Assembly (NCBI RefSeq): GCF_000175255.2
Contig: NC_017262.1
Location: forward strand, 930,001-962,000
DNA from: Zymomonas mobilis subsp. mobilis ATCC 10988
Lineage (GTDB): Bacteria; Pseudomonadota; Alphaproteobacteria; Sphingomonadales; Sphingomonadaceae
Direction: 5' to 3'
Length of the DNA stretch: 32,000 bases
The position numbers and the translations under genes were made by a program. Positions 21,401 through 29,027 of this stretch are shown in pieces. Numbering within the stretch: position 1 is the stretch's first letter; each line of letters starts with the position of its first letter. Under the pieces are notes generated by a model that ran no database searches, was not told where the DNA came from, and saw only the letters and a program-made list of their open reading frames with translations.

Positions 21401-24108
21401 CATGGAATGACGCAGGCATTACCGTGACTAAGGATGCCGATGCGACCGTGGCATTGATCAATGATGTCAACCATGACGGCGTTTACGAGCAAGGTGTTGA
21501 TAAGGTTCTGGCCGTAGCTGATAATAGTGGCACCACGGCGACCTTATCTGCGACTTTGACCGCCGGACAGCATTATAATTTGGGTCTTGTCCAATATGAT
21601 GTTGCCGGAAATTATTCCCGATTGTCGAATACAGTTTCTTATACTGCACCGCCGACATCAGCTTTGAATACGGCCTTTCAGGCGAGTATTTTGCCACCGC
21701 AGGAAGTGCGGGATAGCGCCGGTATGGCCGTTGGATTTGATGCCTATGGCAATCTTAACATCCTTCAGCGATCTAGCCTGATAACCCAGTCGAATTCGAC
21801 AAATTACGCTTTGTCAGATGTGCAACAGCTGCCTTATTTGGTGCGCTATACCAATCAGAGCACGGATAGCCGGAATACAATCAATTCATCGACGATTGTT
21901 GATTATAATCGTGACGGATATTCAGATGTTTTAGCTTCTGATTATATTGATAGTGCGACAACGGGAGTGGCTGTTTGGACCGGATCACAATCTGGATATA
22001 GTCTGACCCGCGCAACCAGCAGTAATAATTCGGCTGGAGGTGTGATGGCCTATGACAAGGATGGCGATGGCTATGTTGACGCTGTTCTAGGTAACTGGGG
22101 TCCACAAAATGGGGCAACCAATGGGACTTTTATTAAAAATACCAATGGTGTGTTGTCTCAAGACGGAACCAATGGCACTGCCGGATTGCAGAATTTTCAG
22201 TTTGAGCGGGAAGTATCAGGCGTTGATTTAAAGGGTGATGGCAATATTGATGTTGCCGCCCATACGATTTCAAATAGCGCATCCAGCAACCAATATGCCT
22301 TGGCCTTGATTGACAATAACGGCGGCACGCTGTCGTTGGGTCAGAATATTGATAATGTCTTTAATAGTCGCGGTATTCCCACCGGCACTACAGGGCAAAA
22401 AGCCTTGCCGAGTGTCTGGGGGGCGCAATCCATGGTTTGGGCAGATTTTGCCAATAATGGCCATATGGATTTGTATTTGAGCCAAGGCGGGAATACGCCC
22501 AGTGGCAGCGATAATACAGATAGCCGGATCTATATGAATAACAATGGTGTGTTATCTAGCACGCCAACGATTATTGCCGATGACAATCTTGCCGGTGGCG
22601 CGGCCATTGCGACCGACTGGAATCACGATGGCAAAATGGACGTTATTGAAATCAGAACGGCCATTGAAAACAATGTCACCAATATTCCGGTAACCTTATT
22701 AACCAATAATGGGGTTAATAGTAACGGAACGCTTAATCCCTTTACTGTTTCAAATATGACGACCATACCACGTGCCAATATTACGGGTATTGCCGCCACT
22801 GATGTGAACTGGGATGGTGCGGTTGATCTGTTATATTCTACGGCTAGCGGTAGTGATACGCAGGCTGATAAAGCTGGAAAAACCACCGAAGGTAATATCT
22901 ATTCGATCATGAATACCAATGCGGTGGCTGATGGCACCAGCCTGCATTTGAAGATTCTGGATCAGAATGGGGTCAACAGCTATTTCGGCAACACCGTCCA
23001 GTTGTTTGACTCTGACGGTAATTTGGTTTCGACCCAGATTATCAATCCGCAAGAAGGTATGTGGAACAACGATTCCAGCGGGATCGTCAATTTCTATAAC
23101 CTTGATCCCAATCAGCATTATTCCGTTGCCCTTGTTCGGGCAACCGACGGCCATTCCAACGATATTGGTGGTCGGGACAGCTATGGTCAATTCTTCACTT
23201 TGTCTAGCGTGGAGGATTCTTCTTCAGTCAGTGATGGCAGTAGTGAAACGGGCGCGGCTTCGGCTTTAAATACAGTCGAGAATGTTGAAAAAAGCTGGAA
23301 TAATCTGACCCCAGGGGCAGCTAATCATGCCTATGTTCTGGAAGGAGATACCACCGCTAGCCATACGACTGGGGGCGTCTTTACCGGAACAGGCTATGAC
23401 GACACCTTCTTTGCCGGAGCGGGTAACAACAGCTATATCGGCGGCGGTGGCTGGGGCTATAATAGCGCTGGTGAATATGTCTGGATGTCGTCCGGCGGTC
23501 ATAACGTTGTCGATTACAGCGGTGAAAGCAGCGCGATTACCGTCAATATGGGCAATTCGGTCGGTATCGGCACTGTATCCGTTTCAAAAACGGATGGGCA
23601 TGATAGCTTGCAGTCTATTCAAGGTATTGTCGGCACCAATTACGACGATAGTTTTACCAGTGATGGTAAAGGTGACTATTTCGAAGGCGGTGGCGGTAAC
23701 GATACCTTCAATCTGGCCAAGGGCGGTCATGATACCCTGATGTATAAATTGCTGGATAACAGCGATAACACCGGCGGTAATGGCAGCGATACGGTCAATG
23801 ATTTCCATTTGGGTAATACGGTTAACAATCCCGATGCCGATATCATCAATATCAAGGATTTGTTGGCCGATTATCAGGGCACGGCGAATGTCTTTTATGA
23901 CGTGACCGAAAACAAATTTGTTATGGATAAAGCCTCTAGCGGTCTTGACCAATTTGTTTCTACCAGCGTCCATAATGGCAATACGACCATTTCCGTTGAT
24001 CGTGACGGTGCCAATGGCAATCATCAAATGACCGCTTTGGTTACCCTTGATAATACCCAGACCGATCTTGCGACCCTGATCGGTAACCATCAGTTGATTA
24101 TCGCCTGA
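15466..24108 (+). CDS. Giant (2880 aa) BapA/LapA-like repetitive type I-secreted adhesin / biofilm-associated surface protein
   Basis: BapA-like N-terminal prefix domain with hydrophobic Gly/Ala segment; ~11 Ig-like units of ~100-111 aa; further Bap-like Ig domains (GTTEAGAVVKVDTNGDG...DGKWSV); FG-GAP/VCBS-like DxDGxxD repeats; RTX-like C-terminus GGGGNDTFNLAKGGHDTLMY; no N-terminal Sec signal peptide; followed immediately by T1SS genes. Confidence 0.92.
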   Translation: MASSLTITKKRGNHKAFSTEENHISLQHPSVVQVNAYRSQVRSLSRQGDTLLVQLNDGRQYQFDNFFVDDDKHLHSDLVLRDEDQKEAWWHAEMPDASHPNLAGADVGYSQVETIKPLLIYHDNGLLVPLLAGLLGAGAAGGAAAALTGGHSHKDNNNNSDLSIPSVDSVTTDPTTGEVTVNGTAQPGQTVNVTFPDGTVAQTTADSKGDYHATSTTPQATGQIAVTSSDSSSNVSNPVTHDYTDITPAIVITSDAGNTVQAGPVTYTFTLSEASKDFTTASVTVTGGQKGELVQDSSNPLVYHMTVTPDAGKGGTITVVVPAGSVHDLSGSTTTADAVATPVAYDTTPAGNPVVTVTSDSDGQTATGPVTYSFKLSEPVSDLTSDSVTVTGGSKGALVQDSTDPLVYHMVVTPDGSKGGSITATIASGSLHDLAGNPTLSDATDTVAYDTTPAGNPVVTVTSDSDGQTATGPVTYSFKLSEPVSDLTADSVTVTGGSKGALVQDSTDPLVYHMVVTPDGSKGGSITATIASGSLHDLAGNPTLSDATDTVAYDTTPAGNPVVTVTSDSDGQTATGPVTYSFKLSEPVSDLTADSVTVTGGSKGALVQDTTDPLVYHMVVTPDGSKGGTVTATIASGSLHDLAGNPTLSDATDTVAYDTTPAGNPVVTVTSDSDGQTATGPVTYSFKLSEPVSDLTSDSVTVTGGSKGALVQDSTDPLVYHMVVTPDGSKGGTVTATIASGSLHDLAGNPTLSDATDTVAYDTTPAGNPVVTVTSDSDGQTATGPVTYSFKLSEPVSDLTADSVTVTGGSKGALVQDTTDPLVYHMVVTPETGTGGTVSVTVPKGAIHDLAGNPTLSDATDNVAYDMTPAGNPTLSVTSTHDGVAATNTPVTFGFIASEPLKGFSADNIEVTGGTKGELTSSPDHPLMYFLTVTPNPNSSGEISIKVPAGAVFDMAGNPNLSSVNDTVLYDTIPPTVTISDDSNGKTVNGAVHYTFTASEPLLAFAADNIEVTGGTKGDLVQDSSNPLVYHMTVTPNSASGGSIDVKIPAGSVHDLAGNPTASDVSDTVAYDTTNIDSPVVTITSDSDGKATAEPVTFKFTLSEPLSDFNADSVTVSGGTKGNLIQDTSNPLVYYMTVTPKVTVSPMTIDTPSALSATVSAGSVHNLAGNPTLSDATDSVPYDSSVATNPIVTITSDSDGQTVIGPVTYNFKLSQAVNDFTADSVTVTGGSKGQLVQDSSDPLLYHMVVTPDANQTGNVTATIPSGQLHNIIGLSNLGNSTDSIAFDTAPPTIAITSTGDNDTTTEGTITYTFTLSEPLKNFTADDINVYGGTKGRLIQDSSNPLSYSLVVTPNQNSGGTLVVNIPAGSVQDVNGNPMVVDSTHAVGYIIQPNDVRVFSDQDGSTATGDITYYVVFNNSNPAFSPNDLTIENGTLKSFERTSGSADGTNAAYKIIVTPVADNAGINSLSISPDVTNGSGVITGMVVFDTRQLNLQDYTDTGASANDYISQDNSFTLNLDNAANGTTPSYQISKDNGTTWTDTSATQSNLPDGHYLYRAVRNDVHDMPLYSNVIDLTVDTTKPDLISINPTNGQTVSGIAEAGTTVNLLSNDGQTVLGTVVADSNNHWSISGLNIADGTPIKATATDTAGNVSSVVTTRVDATPPAVTVDNSNGTTITGTTEAGAVVKVDTNGDGVADYTEVAGSDGKWSVRPDTPLANGTSVSVTSTDPVGNVSAAATTVVDNVAPVVTLTTADNQTLTGTVDDSTVTSVKVFDNTGNFVGTGTVTNGSYSLTLADPVAPGTVLTAKATDPAGNVGSSSSLTIGSVSSDSDNSALATHQAAVTAIATDTLPTSAVSTVQNNDFDTRDPTLTVSGTSNLEPAQEAAAASFMAIPLAMSLTSSNASSSTFSDVLQISTDGQNWSTVTPSANGAWTWTDPTAHDSNFTYYLRTLDSSGKVVYTTSKDITIDLIAPSSLVMPTWNDAGITVTKDADATVALINDVNHDGVYEQGVDKVLAVADNSGTTATLSATLTAGQHYNLGLVQYDVAGNYSRLSNTVSYTAPPTSALNTAFQASILPPQEVRDSAGMAVGFDAYGNLNILQRSSLITQSNSTNYALSDVQQLPYLVRYTNQSTDSRNTINSSTIVDYNRDGYSDVLASDYIDSATTGVAVWTGSQSGYSLTRATSSNNSAGGVMAYDKDGDGYVDAVLGNWGPQNGATNGTFIKNTNGVLSQDGTNGTAGLQNFQFEREVSGVDLKGDGNIDVAAHTISNSASSNQYALALIDNNGGTLSLGQNIDNVFNSRGIPTGTTGQKALPSVWGAQSMVWADFANNGHMDLYLSQGGNTPSGSDNTDSRIYMNNNGVLSSTPTIIADDNLAGGAAIATDWNHDGKMDVIEIRTAIENNVTNIPVTLLTNNGVNSNGTLNPFTVSNMTTIPRANITGIAATDVNWDGAVDLLYSTASGSDTQADKAGKTTEGNIYSIMNTNAVADGTSLHLKILDQNGVNSYFGNTVQLFDSDGNLVSTQIINPQEGMWNNDSSGIVNFYNLDPNQHYSVALVRATDGHSNDIGGRDSYGQFFTLSSVEDSSSVSDGSSETGAASALNTVENVEKSWNNLTPGAANHAYVLEGDTTASHTTGGVFTGTGYDDTFFAGAGNNSYIGGGGWGYNSAGEYVWMSSGGHNVVDYSGESSAITVNMGNSVGIGTVSVSKTDGHDSLQSIQGIVGTNYDDSFTSDGKGDYFEGGGGNDTFNLAKGGHDTLMYKLLDNSDNTGGNGSDTVNDFHLGNTVNNPDADIINIKDLLADYQGTANVFYDVTENKFVMDKASSGLDQFVSTSVHNGNTTISVDRDGANGNHQMTALVTLDNTQTDLATLIGNHQLIIA
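16201..19632 (+). repeat. Array of ~11 Ig-like repeat units in the adhesin gene (300-333 bp each)
   Basis: Unit starts counted at 16201, 16501, 16813, 17125, 17437, 17749, 18061, 18376, 18679, 19012, 19324, each with the pattern TSD..G.....GPVTYxFxLSEPxxDFxADSVTVTGGxKGxLVQDSxxPLVYHMxVTP...GSxHDLAGNPxxSDATDxVAYD. Confidence 0.92.
16501..17955 (+). repeat. Near-identical tandem direct repeats, period exactly 312 bp (104 codons), ~4.7 copies
   Basis: GA(C/T)ACGAC(A/G)CCAGCGGGTAATCCGGTGGTGACGGTGACAAGTGA recurs at 16501, 16813, 17125, 17437 and 17749, with about ten base differences between the copies compared by eye; identity breaks after GTGGTTACGCCT at ~17955. Confidence 0.95.
21890..22835 (+). 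other. FG-GAP/VCBS-like beta-propeller segment inside the adhesin
   Basis: Six spaced motifs: VDYNRDGYSDV (~21898), YDKDGDGYVDA (22051), VDLKGDGNIDV (22222), ADFANNGHMDL (22441), TDWNHDGKMDV (22612), TDVNWDGAVDL (~22798). Confidence 0.75.
23377..24108 (+). other. C-terminal RTX-like / type I secretion target region of the adhesin
   Basis: GVFTGTGYDDTFFAGAGNNSYIGGGG, GTNYDDSFTSDGKGDYFEGGGGNDTFNLAKGGHDTLMY, ending VTLDNTQTDLATLIGNHQLIIA, typical of T1SS C-terminal target domains. Confidence 0.8.
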
Positions 24109-24112
24109 TAAA

Positions 24113-25588
24113 ATGATCAAAAAATTGGCGCGGCGGGATGAAATATCCCGCCTGATGAGAAAGGTAATCTTTCTTGTGGCCGGTTGTTTTTCAGTACCTT
24201 TCGCGGCTTCTGCTGATGAATATGTGCCGAAAATGCCGACTATTGATAGCTTACCAAGCTTGAGTGATAGTTTAGGGTGTGATGACGAACCCGCTTATTT
24301 GCGTGATGAAGCTGCCCGTAACGCGGTAGTGGATGAGGGTTGGCTGACCTTGCATCAGGCCATTCATCGTGCCTTGGAAGGGCATCCTTCTATCACCGAT
24401 GCGATTGCCGCTTTGGGGCAGCAACAAAGCGGAATCGGTGTTGCCCATGCCGGATATTATCCTCAATTCAAGGCGGGGATGAGTGGAGGCCCTTGGACCT
24501 CGGCACGGGGCTTGGGCCCTTATATATCGGCTTCGGCTTCCCAGATGGTCTATGATTTCGGGAAGGTGTCCCATCAGGTCATGCAGGCCAAGGCTCTGGC
24601 AGCACGGCAACAGGCCAAAGTTTTGGGCAGTATTGACGAAGTTTCCAAAAATGTTGCCGAAGCGATTGTTAATGTTCACCGCTATCAGCAATTGATGATT
24701 GCAGCGGCGGATCTGTTTCAGGCGGTATCCGCGGTGAAAGAAATGGCAGAATTACGGGCAAAAGCCGGTATTTCGACCCGATCTGATCCTATTCAGGCGG
24801 AATCCCGTCTCGATCAGGCGAGAGCCAACATGATCGAAGCCCGTGCCATGTTAGAACAATCCAGAGAAAATTTGCGCAGTTTGATGAATGAAAACCGGCC
24901 TTTACCGGAAAATATCTGCATTGCAGAGCCACATGGATTGCCACCGTTTAGACCGGAAGCCCCCGTTGATGCTTCATTAAACCCTGATTTATTGCCCGCA
25001 GCATTAGAAGCCAAAGCCGAAGCGAAGGCGGCTGAAGCCCAATTGGGTATTGTGAAAGCCGGACGTTTCCCAACCATTTCTATCGACGGGAATTATGGTC
25101 GTTCATTGCGGGGAGCCATCTATCCGGCAGCACCGGATCGGCGTCAGGATTATGGTAGCGTTATTTTGAATGTTTCAACTCAGATGTTTCAGGGAACCGG
25201 TATTTTAAGTCAATTAAAAGCCGCCAGCCATGCTGTCGATGCCGCCCATGCGCGGCAACAAACCGCTTTATTGGAAGCCCATAACAAGCTCCGTTCGATT
25301 CATGCGGCGGCGATGGGTTCTATGGCAAGGATAGGTGTTCTGCAAAGTCGTTTGAAAACCATTATCGAAGCCCGTGATCTTTATCGCGATCAATATCGTT
25401 TGGGCTCTCGTTCTTTGGTCGATCTGCTGAATAGTGAGCAGGAAATTTATCAGGCGCGCACAGAAAATATCAATGCAAGGCATGATTTATGGGTGAGTGA
25501 AGCCGATCAGGTCGCCGCATCCGGTCGGGCAAGAGCCGTTTATGGCATTGACCACACCGTCGTTCAGGGATTGGAGATATTGCCATGA
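24113..25588 (+). CDS. TolC-family outer membrane efflux/secretion protein (LapE/AggA-like) of the T1SS
   Basis: TolC-like coiled-coil repeats (TDAIAALGQQQSGIGVAHAGYYPQFKAG..., DQYRLGSRSLVDLLNSEQEIYQARTENINARHDLWVSEADQVAASGRARAVYGI); signal peptide MRKVIFLVAGCFSVPFAASA from an internal Met at 24155. Confidence 0.93.
   Translation: MIKKLARRDEISRLMRKVIFLVAGCFSVPFAASADEYVPKMPTIDSLPSLSDSLGCDDEPAYLRDEAARNAVVDEGWLTLHQAIHRALEGHPSITDAIAALGQQQSGIGVAHAGYYPQFKAGMSGGPWTSARGLGPYISASASQMVYDFGKVSHQVMQAKALAARQQAKVLGSIDEVSKNVAEAIVNVHRYQQLMIAAADLFQAVSAVKEMAELRAKAGISTRSDPIQAESRLDQARANMIEARAMLEQSRENLRSLMNENRPLPENICIAEPHGLPPFRPEAPVDASLNPDLLPAALEAKAEAKAAEAQLGIVKAGRFPTISIDGNYGRSLRGAIYPAAPDRRQDYGSVILNVSTQMFQGTGILSQLKAASHAVDAAHARQQTALLEAHNKLRSIHAAAMGSMARIGVLQSRLKTIIEARDLYRDQYRLGSRSLVDLLNSEQEIYQARTENINARHDLWVSEADQVAASGRARAVYGIDHTVVQGLEILP
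24132..24152 (+). promoter_or_regulatory. Perfect GC-rich hairpin at the adhesin/tolC junction
   Basis: GGCGGGAT (24132-24139) - GAAAT - ATCCCGCC (24145-24152). Confidence 0.6.
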
Positions 25589-27732
25589 TGGGGCAGGGTG
25601 GAGAAGAAAAACGCCAATCCCTTCTTTTATGGGAAGCCTGGCTGGATGCCATGATTGCGATTGCCCGTCATTATACCCTTCCGGTTTCAGTCGAGCATGT
25701 TCGGAATATCATGTCATGGGATAAGGCCGAATCTGATGAAGGTCGCCTATCCGTTATGGCGCGTCATTTAGGTTTGGGATTCCGTTTGGAATCCGGCGAG
25801 AAAGCCGAAGGTGCCGTGCGTTCGGGTGTCGCGTTACCCTTTATTGCCCATTGGGATGATGGCCGTATTGGTTGTGTGATGACCAATGATGGTGACGGGC
25901 ATTTAGCGGTTCGCTTTTCGGGCGAAGGCGATCTGGAAACGCCGGTTGAAATTGACTGGTTAGCCGATCACGTTATTGAAATCGCTTATTTGCGGCCATT
26001 GCGCTCTATACCCGATGGGCGGGTCGATGATTATATCCAGCCTTATCGTCCCCATTGGTTCCGCCGTTTGGCCTTGGCTGATTGGCGACGTTTCGGGGAA
26101 GTTATTGTCGCCTCGCTTTTTATCAACCTTTTGGCTTTGTCTTCGACTCTGTTTTCAATGCAGATTTACGATCGCGTTGTGCCTGCCCAATCAGAGCCAA
26201 CCTTATGGGTTTTGTTTTCGGGCGTGATGATGGCGGTCTTTTTCGGATTACTGTTAAAGGTTGCCCGCACCCGATTATTGGATGTGATCGGGAAAAAAGC
26301 CGATTTGCGGATTTCAGAGCATGTCTTTGGTCATGCGATCCGTCTGGTTTACGATGCCCGTCCGAAAGTCGCCGGTAGTTTTATTGCCCAGCTTCGCGAA
26401 TTGGAACATGTCCGCGAATTATTGACCGCGACCAGTATCGCCATGATTACCGATCTACCCTTCTTTTGCCTATTTTTAGGTATTTTATGGATGGTTGGCG
26501 GTAATTTGATTTGGGTGGCGTTGGCCGCTGTGCCTTTGTTGCTTATCCCCGGTATTCTGGTGCAATATCCGCTTGCCCGCCTGTCACAACAGGGAATGCG
26601 TGAATCCGCTTTACGCAATGCTTTGCTGATCGAAGCGGTTGATGGTTTTGAAGATATTAAATTGATGCGTGCCGAACCTCGTTTTGAAAGACGGTGGAAT
26701 CATGTCCATTCGGTGGCCGCCTCCATTGCCATGCGGCAGCGTTTCTATACCGGATTGATGGTGACATGGAGTCAGGAAATCCAAACCATCATTTATGCCC
26801 TGATTTTATTGGTCGGCTGTTTCCAAGTCATGAAGGGAACGATGACAACGGGTGCTTTGGTCGGATGTTCTATTTTGACTTCCCGCATGATTGCCCCTTT
26901 GGCACAATTAGCGGGTTTCTTTTTGCGTTTTCAACAAGCACGCGTTGCCCGTGAAGGGCTGGATTCTTTGATGAGCCGTCCGGCAGATCGTGCGGATCAG
27001 GCGCAATTAGTGCAATTACCCAGCATTCGCGGGCAATATCAATTTGAAGGCGTTCGTTTCCTGCATGACCCAAAATCGGGACGACCTGATCTCGATATTC
27101 CTAAGCTGGTTATCCGTCCCGGTGAAAAAATCGCCTTATTAGGTCGGAATGGCGCGGGTAAATCGACCTTTCTGCGGATGTTATCTGGCCTCCATCAGCC
27201 TTCCAATGGCCGGATTATGTTAGATGGTATCGCTTTACCGACGATAGATCCCGCGGATTTGCGGCGTGACATTGGCTTGATGACCCAAGAAGCCAAAATC
27301 TTTTATGGTAGTTTGCGCGATAACCTGACCATGGGCGCGCCTTTGGCGAGTGATAGTCAGGTTTTGGCGGCTTTGGATATGGTTGGATTGAAAACCATTT
27401 TGGATCAGCGAGCCGATGGCCTCGATATGTTATTGAAAGAGGGCGGTGGTGAATTATCCAGAGGACAACGCCAATCAATCCTTTTAGCGCGTTTGATTTT
27501 ATCAGAGCCTTCTGTCGTTTTATTGGATGAGCCGACCGCTCATTTTGATGAAATGTCAGAGCATCATCTGATTAACAATCTGACCCCTTGGGTGAAAACC
27601 CGCAGCTTGATCGTGGCAACCCATCGTCAAAGTATTTTGCGCTGGGTCAATCGTATTATCATCCTTGATAAAGGCCATATCGTTATGGACGGTGATCGGG
27701 ATTCTGTTCTGAAAAGGCTGACCAATGGCTAA
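25585..27732 (+). CDS. Type I secretion ABC transporter/permease with degenerate C39-like N-terminal domain (LapB-type)
   Basis: 715 aa; fused TMD-NBD; RFGEVIVASLFINLLALSSTLFSMQIYDRVVP; Walker A ALLGRNGAGKSTFLRMLSGL; ELSRGQRQSILLARLIL; Walker B SVVLLDEPTAHFDE. Overlaps the tolC stop (ATGA). Confidence 0.95.
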   Translation: MMGQGGEEKRQSLLLWEAWLDAMIAIARHYTLPVSVEHVRNIMSWDKAESDEGRLSVMARHLGLGFRLESGEKAEGAVRSGVALPFIAHWDDGRIGCVMTNDGDGHLAVRFSGEGDLETPVEIDWLADHVIEIAYLRPLRSIPDGRVDDYIQPYRPHWFRRLALADWRRFGEVIVASLFINLLALSSTLFSMQIYDRVVPAQSEPTLWVLFSGVMMAVFFGLLLKVARTRLLDVIGKKADLRISEHVFGHAIRLVYDARPKVAGSFIAQLRELEHVRELLTATSIAMITDLPFFCLFLGILWMVGGNLIWVALAAVPLLLIPGILVQYPLARLSQQGMRESALRNALLIEAVDGFEDIKLMRAEPRFERRWNHVHSVAASIAMRQRFYTGLMVTWSQEIQTIIYALILLVGCFQVMKGTMTTGALVGCSILTSRMIAPLAQLAGFFLRFQQARVAREGLDSLMSRPADRADQAQLVQLPSIRGQYQFEGVRFLHDPKSGRPDLDIPKLVIRPGEKIALLGRNGAGKSTFLRMLSGLHQPSNGRIMLDGIALPTIDPADLRRDIGLMTQEAKIFYGSLRDNLTMGAPLASDSQVLAALDMVGLKTILDQRADGLDMLLKEGGGELSRGQRQSILLARLILSEPSVVLLDEPTAHFDEMSEHHLINNLTPWVKTRSLIVATHRQSILRWVNRIIILDKGHIVMDGDRDSVLKRLTNG

Positions 27733-28906
27733 CCTTTCCTTGTCCACCCAGAGCATGGTCGATGATCGTGACCCTTTGCATCTTCCAGCACGGATTGTCT
27801 GGATCGTTGTGGTGATGTTGCTGTGCTTTTTTATTTGGGCAGCCTGCTTTACGCTTGAAGAAGTTTCAACCGGAACAGGGAAGGTGGTGCCTTCCTCGCA
27901 TGAACAGACCATCCAATCTTTGGAAGGTGGAATCCTTGTTCGCTTGAATGTCAAAGAGGGCGATATTGTTCAGGCCGGACAAATGTTGGCGCAGCTTGAT
28001 CGCACCCGCACCCAATCTTCGGTTGAAGAAACGGCTGCGCGTGCTGTGGCCGCAGAAGCAACGGCGGCTCGGTTGCGGGCAGAGGTGAATAATACCCCGA
28101 TTTCCTTTCCCGATTCTGTGAGAGCCTATCCTGCTTTGGTAAAATCAGAGACTGATCTTTATCGTTCTCGCCGCAATAGTTTGGCTATGGGATTGAGCGA
28201 TCTTCATCAGCAATTGGCTTTGATTAAAAATGAATTGACGATGACCGAGCCACTGGTGGCAAGGGGGGCGGCTAGTGATGTCGAGGTTTTGCGTTTGAAA
28301 CGGCAGGTAAGCGAAATCGACACTCGCGCCGATGATATGCAAAATCAATATATGGTGAAGGCCAGAGAAGACCTTGAAAAAGCCGAGGCAGAGGCGAAAG
28401 CCCAGCAATCGGTTACGAAAGGGCGTTCTGATATGTTAGATCGCTTGACCTTTACTTCGCCCGTAAGGGGCATCGTTAAGGATATCGAAGTTACCACGAA
28501 AGGCGGCGTTATTCCGCCTAATGGTCGTTTGATGACGATTGTGCCTTTGGATGAACAATTATTGGTCGAGGCACGGATATCACCTCGGGATATTGCTTTT
28601 ATTCATCCCGGTCAGCGGGCAACCGTCAAATTGACCGTTTATGATTACGCTATTTATGGGGGCTTGCCTGCAAAAGTGACGGTTATCTCGCCGGATACCG
28701 TGCAGGATGATGTCAGGAAAGATAGCTATTATTATCGCGTCTGGGTACGCACGGATTCTGATCATCTAACCAATAAATCTGGCCATAAATTTCCTATTGT
28801 TCCCGGTATGGTAGCAACAATTGATATTCATACAGGATCAAAAACGGTTCTTGAATATTTAGTAAAGCCGCTGAATCGCGCAAAAGAAGCCTTGAGAGAA
28901 AGATAA
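27725..28906 (+). CDS. HlyD-family periplasmic adaptor of the type I secretion system (LapC-type)
   Basis: 393 aa; single N-terminal TM, VSTGTGKVVPSSHEQTIQSLEGGILVRLNVKEGDIVQAGQMLAQLD...FTSPVRGIVKDIEVTTKGGVIPPNGRLMTIVPLDEQLLVEARISPRDIAFIHPGQRATVKLTVYDYAIYGGLPAKV. Start codon overlaps the ABC gene end. Confidence 0.95.
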   Translation: MANLSLSTQSMVDDRDPLHLPARIVWIVVVMLLCFFIWAACFTLEEVSTGTGKVVPSSHEQTIQSLEGGILVRLNVKEGDIVQAGQMLAQLDRTRTQSSVEETAARAVAAEATAARLRAEVNNTPISFPDSVRAYPALVKSETDLYRSRRNSLAMGLSDLHQQLALIKNELTMTEPLVARGAASDVEVLRLKRQVSEIDTRADDMQNQYMVKAREDLEKAEAEAKAQQSVTKGRSDMLDRLTFTSPVRGIVKDIEVTTKGGVIPPNGRLMTIVPLDEQLLVEARISPRDIAFIHPGQRATVKLTVYDYAIYGGLPAKVTVISPDTVQDDVRKDSYYYRVWVRTDSDHLTNKSGHKFPIVPGMVATIDIHTGSKTVLEYLVKPLNRAKEALRER

Positions 28907-29027
28907 ATACAAGTCGATTATTTTGATCGATAAATGAAAAGATAATTTTCAATTTCAGAAGATCTTGAAACTATGCGTAAGGCTATGGGTTATTAGATTA
29001 AATTTTTGAAAATAAAAGGTCGATATA

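Noticed and set aside
23584-24120. 178-aa minus-strand ORF at the 3' end of the adhesin gene
   Set aside because: Ile/Gly-rich reverse translation of the RTX-like region; an artefact of repetitive sense coding.
25470-28906. Numerous antisense ORFs opposite the T1SS genes
   Set aside because: Each overlaps a well-supported sense gene and has no independent coding evidence.
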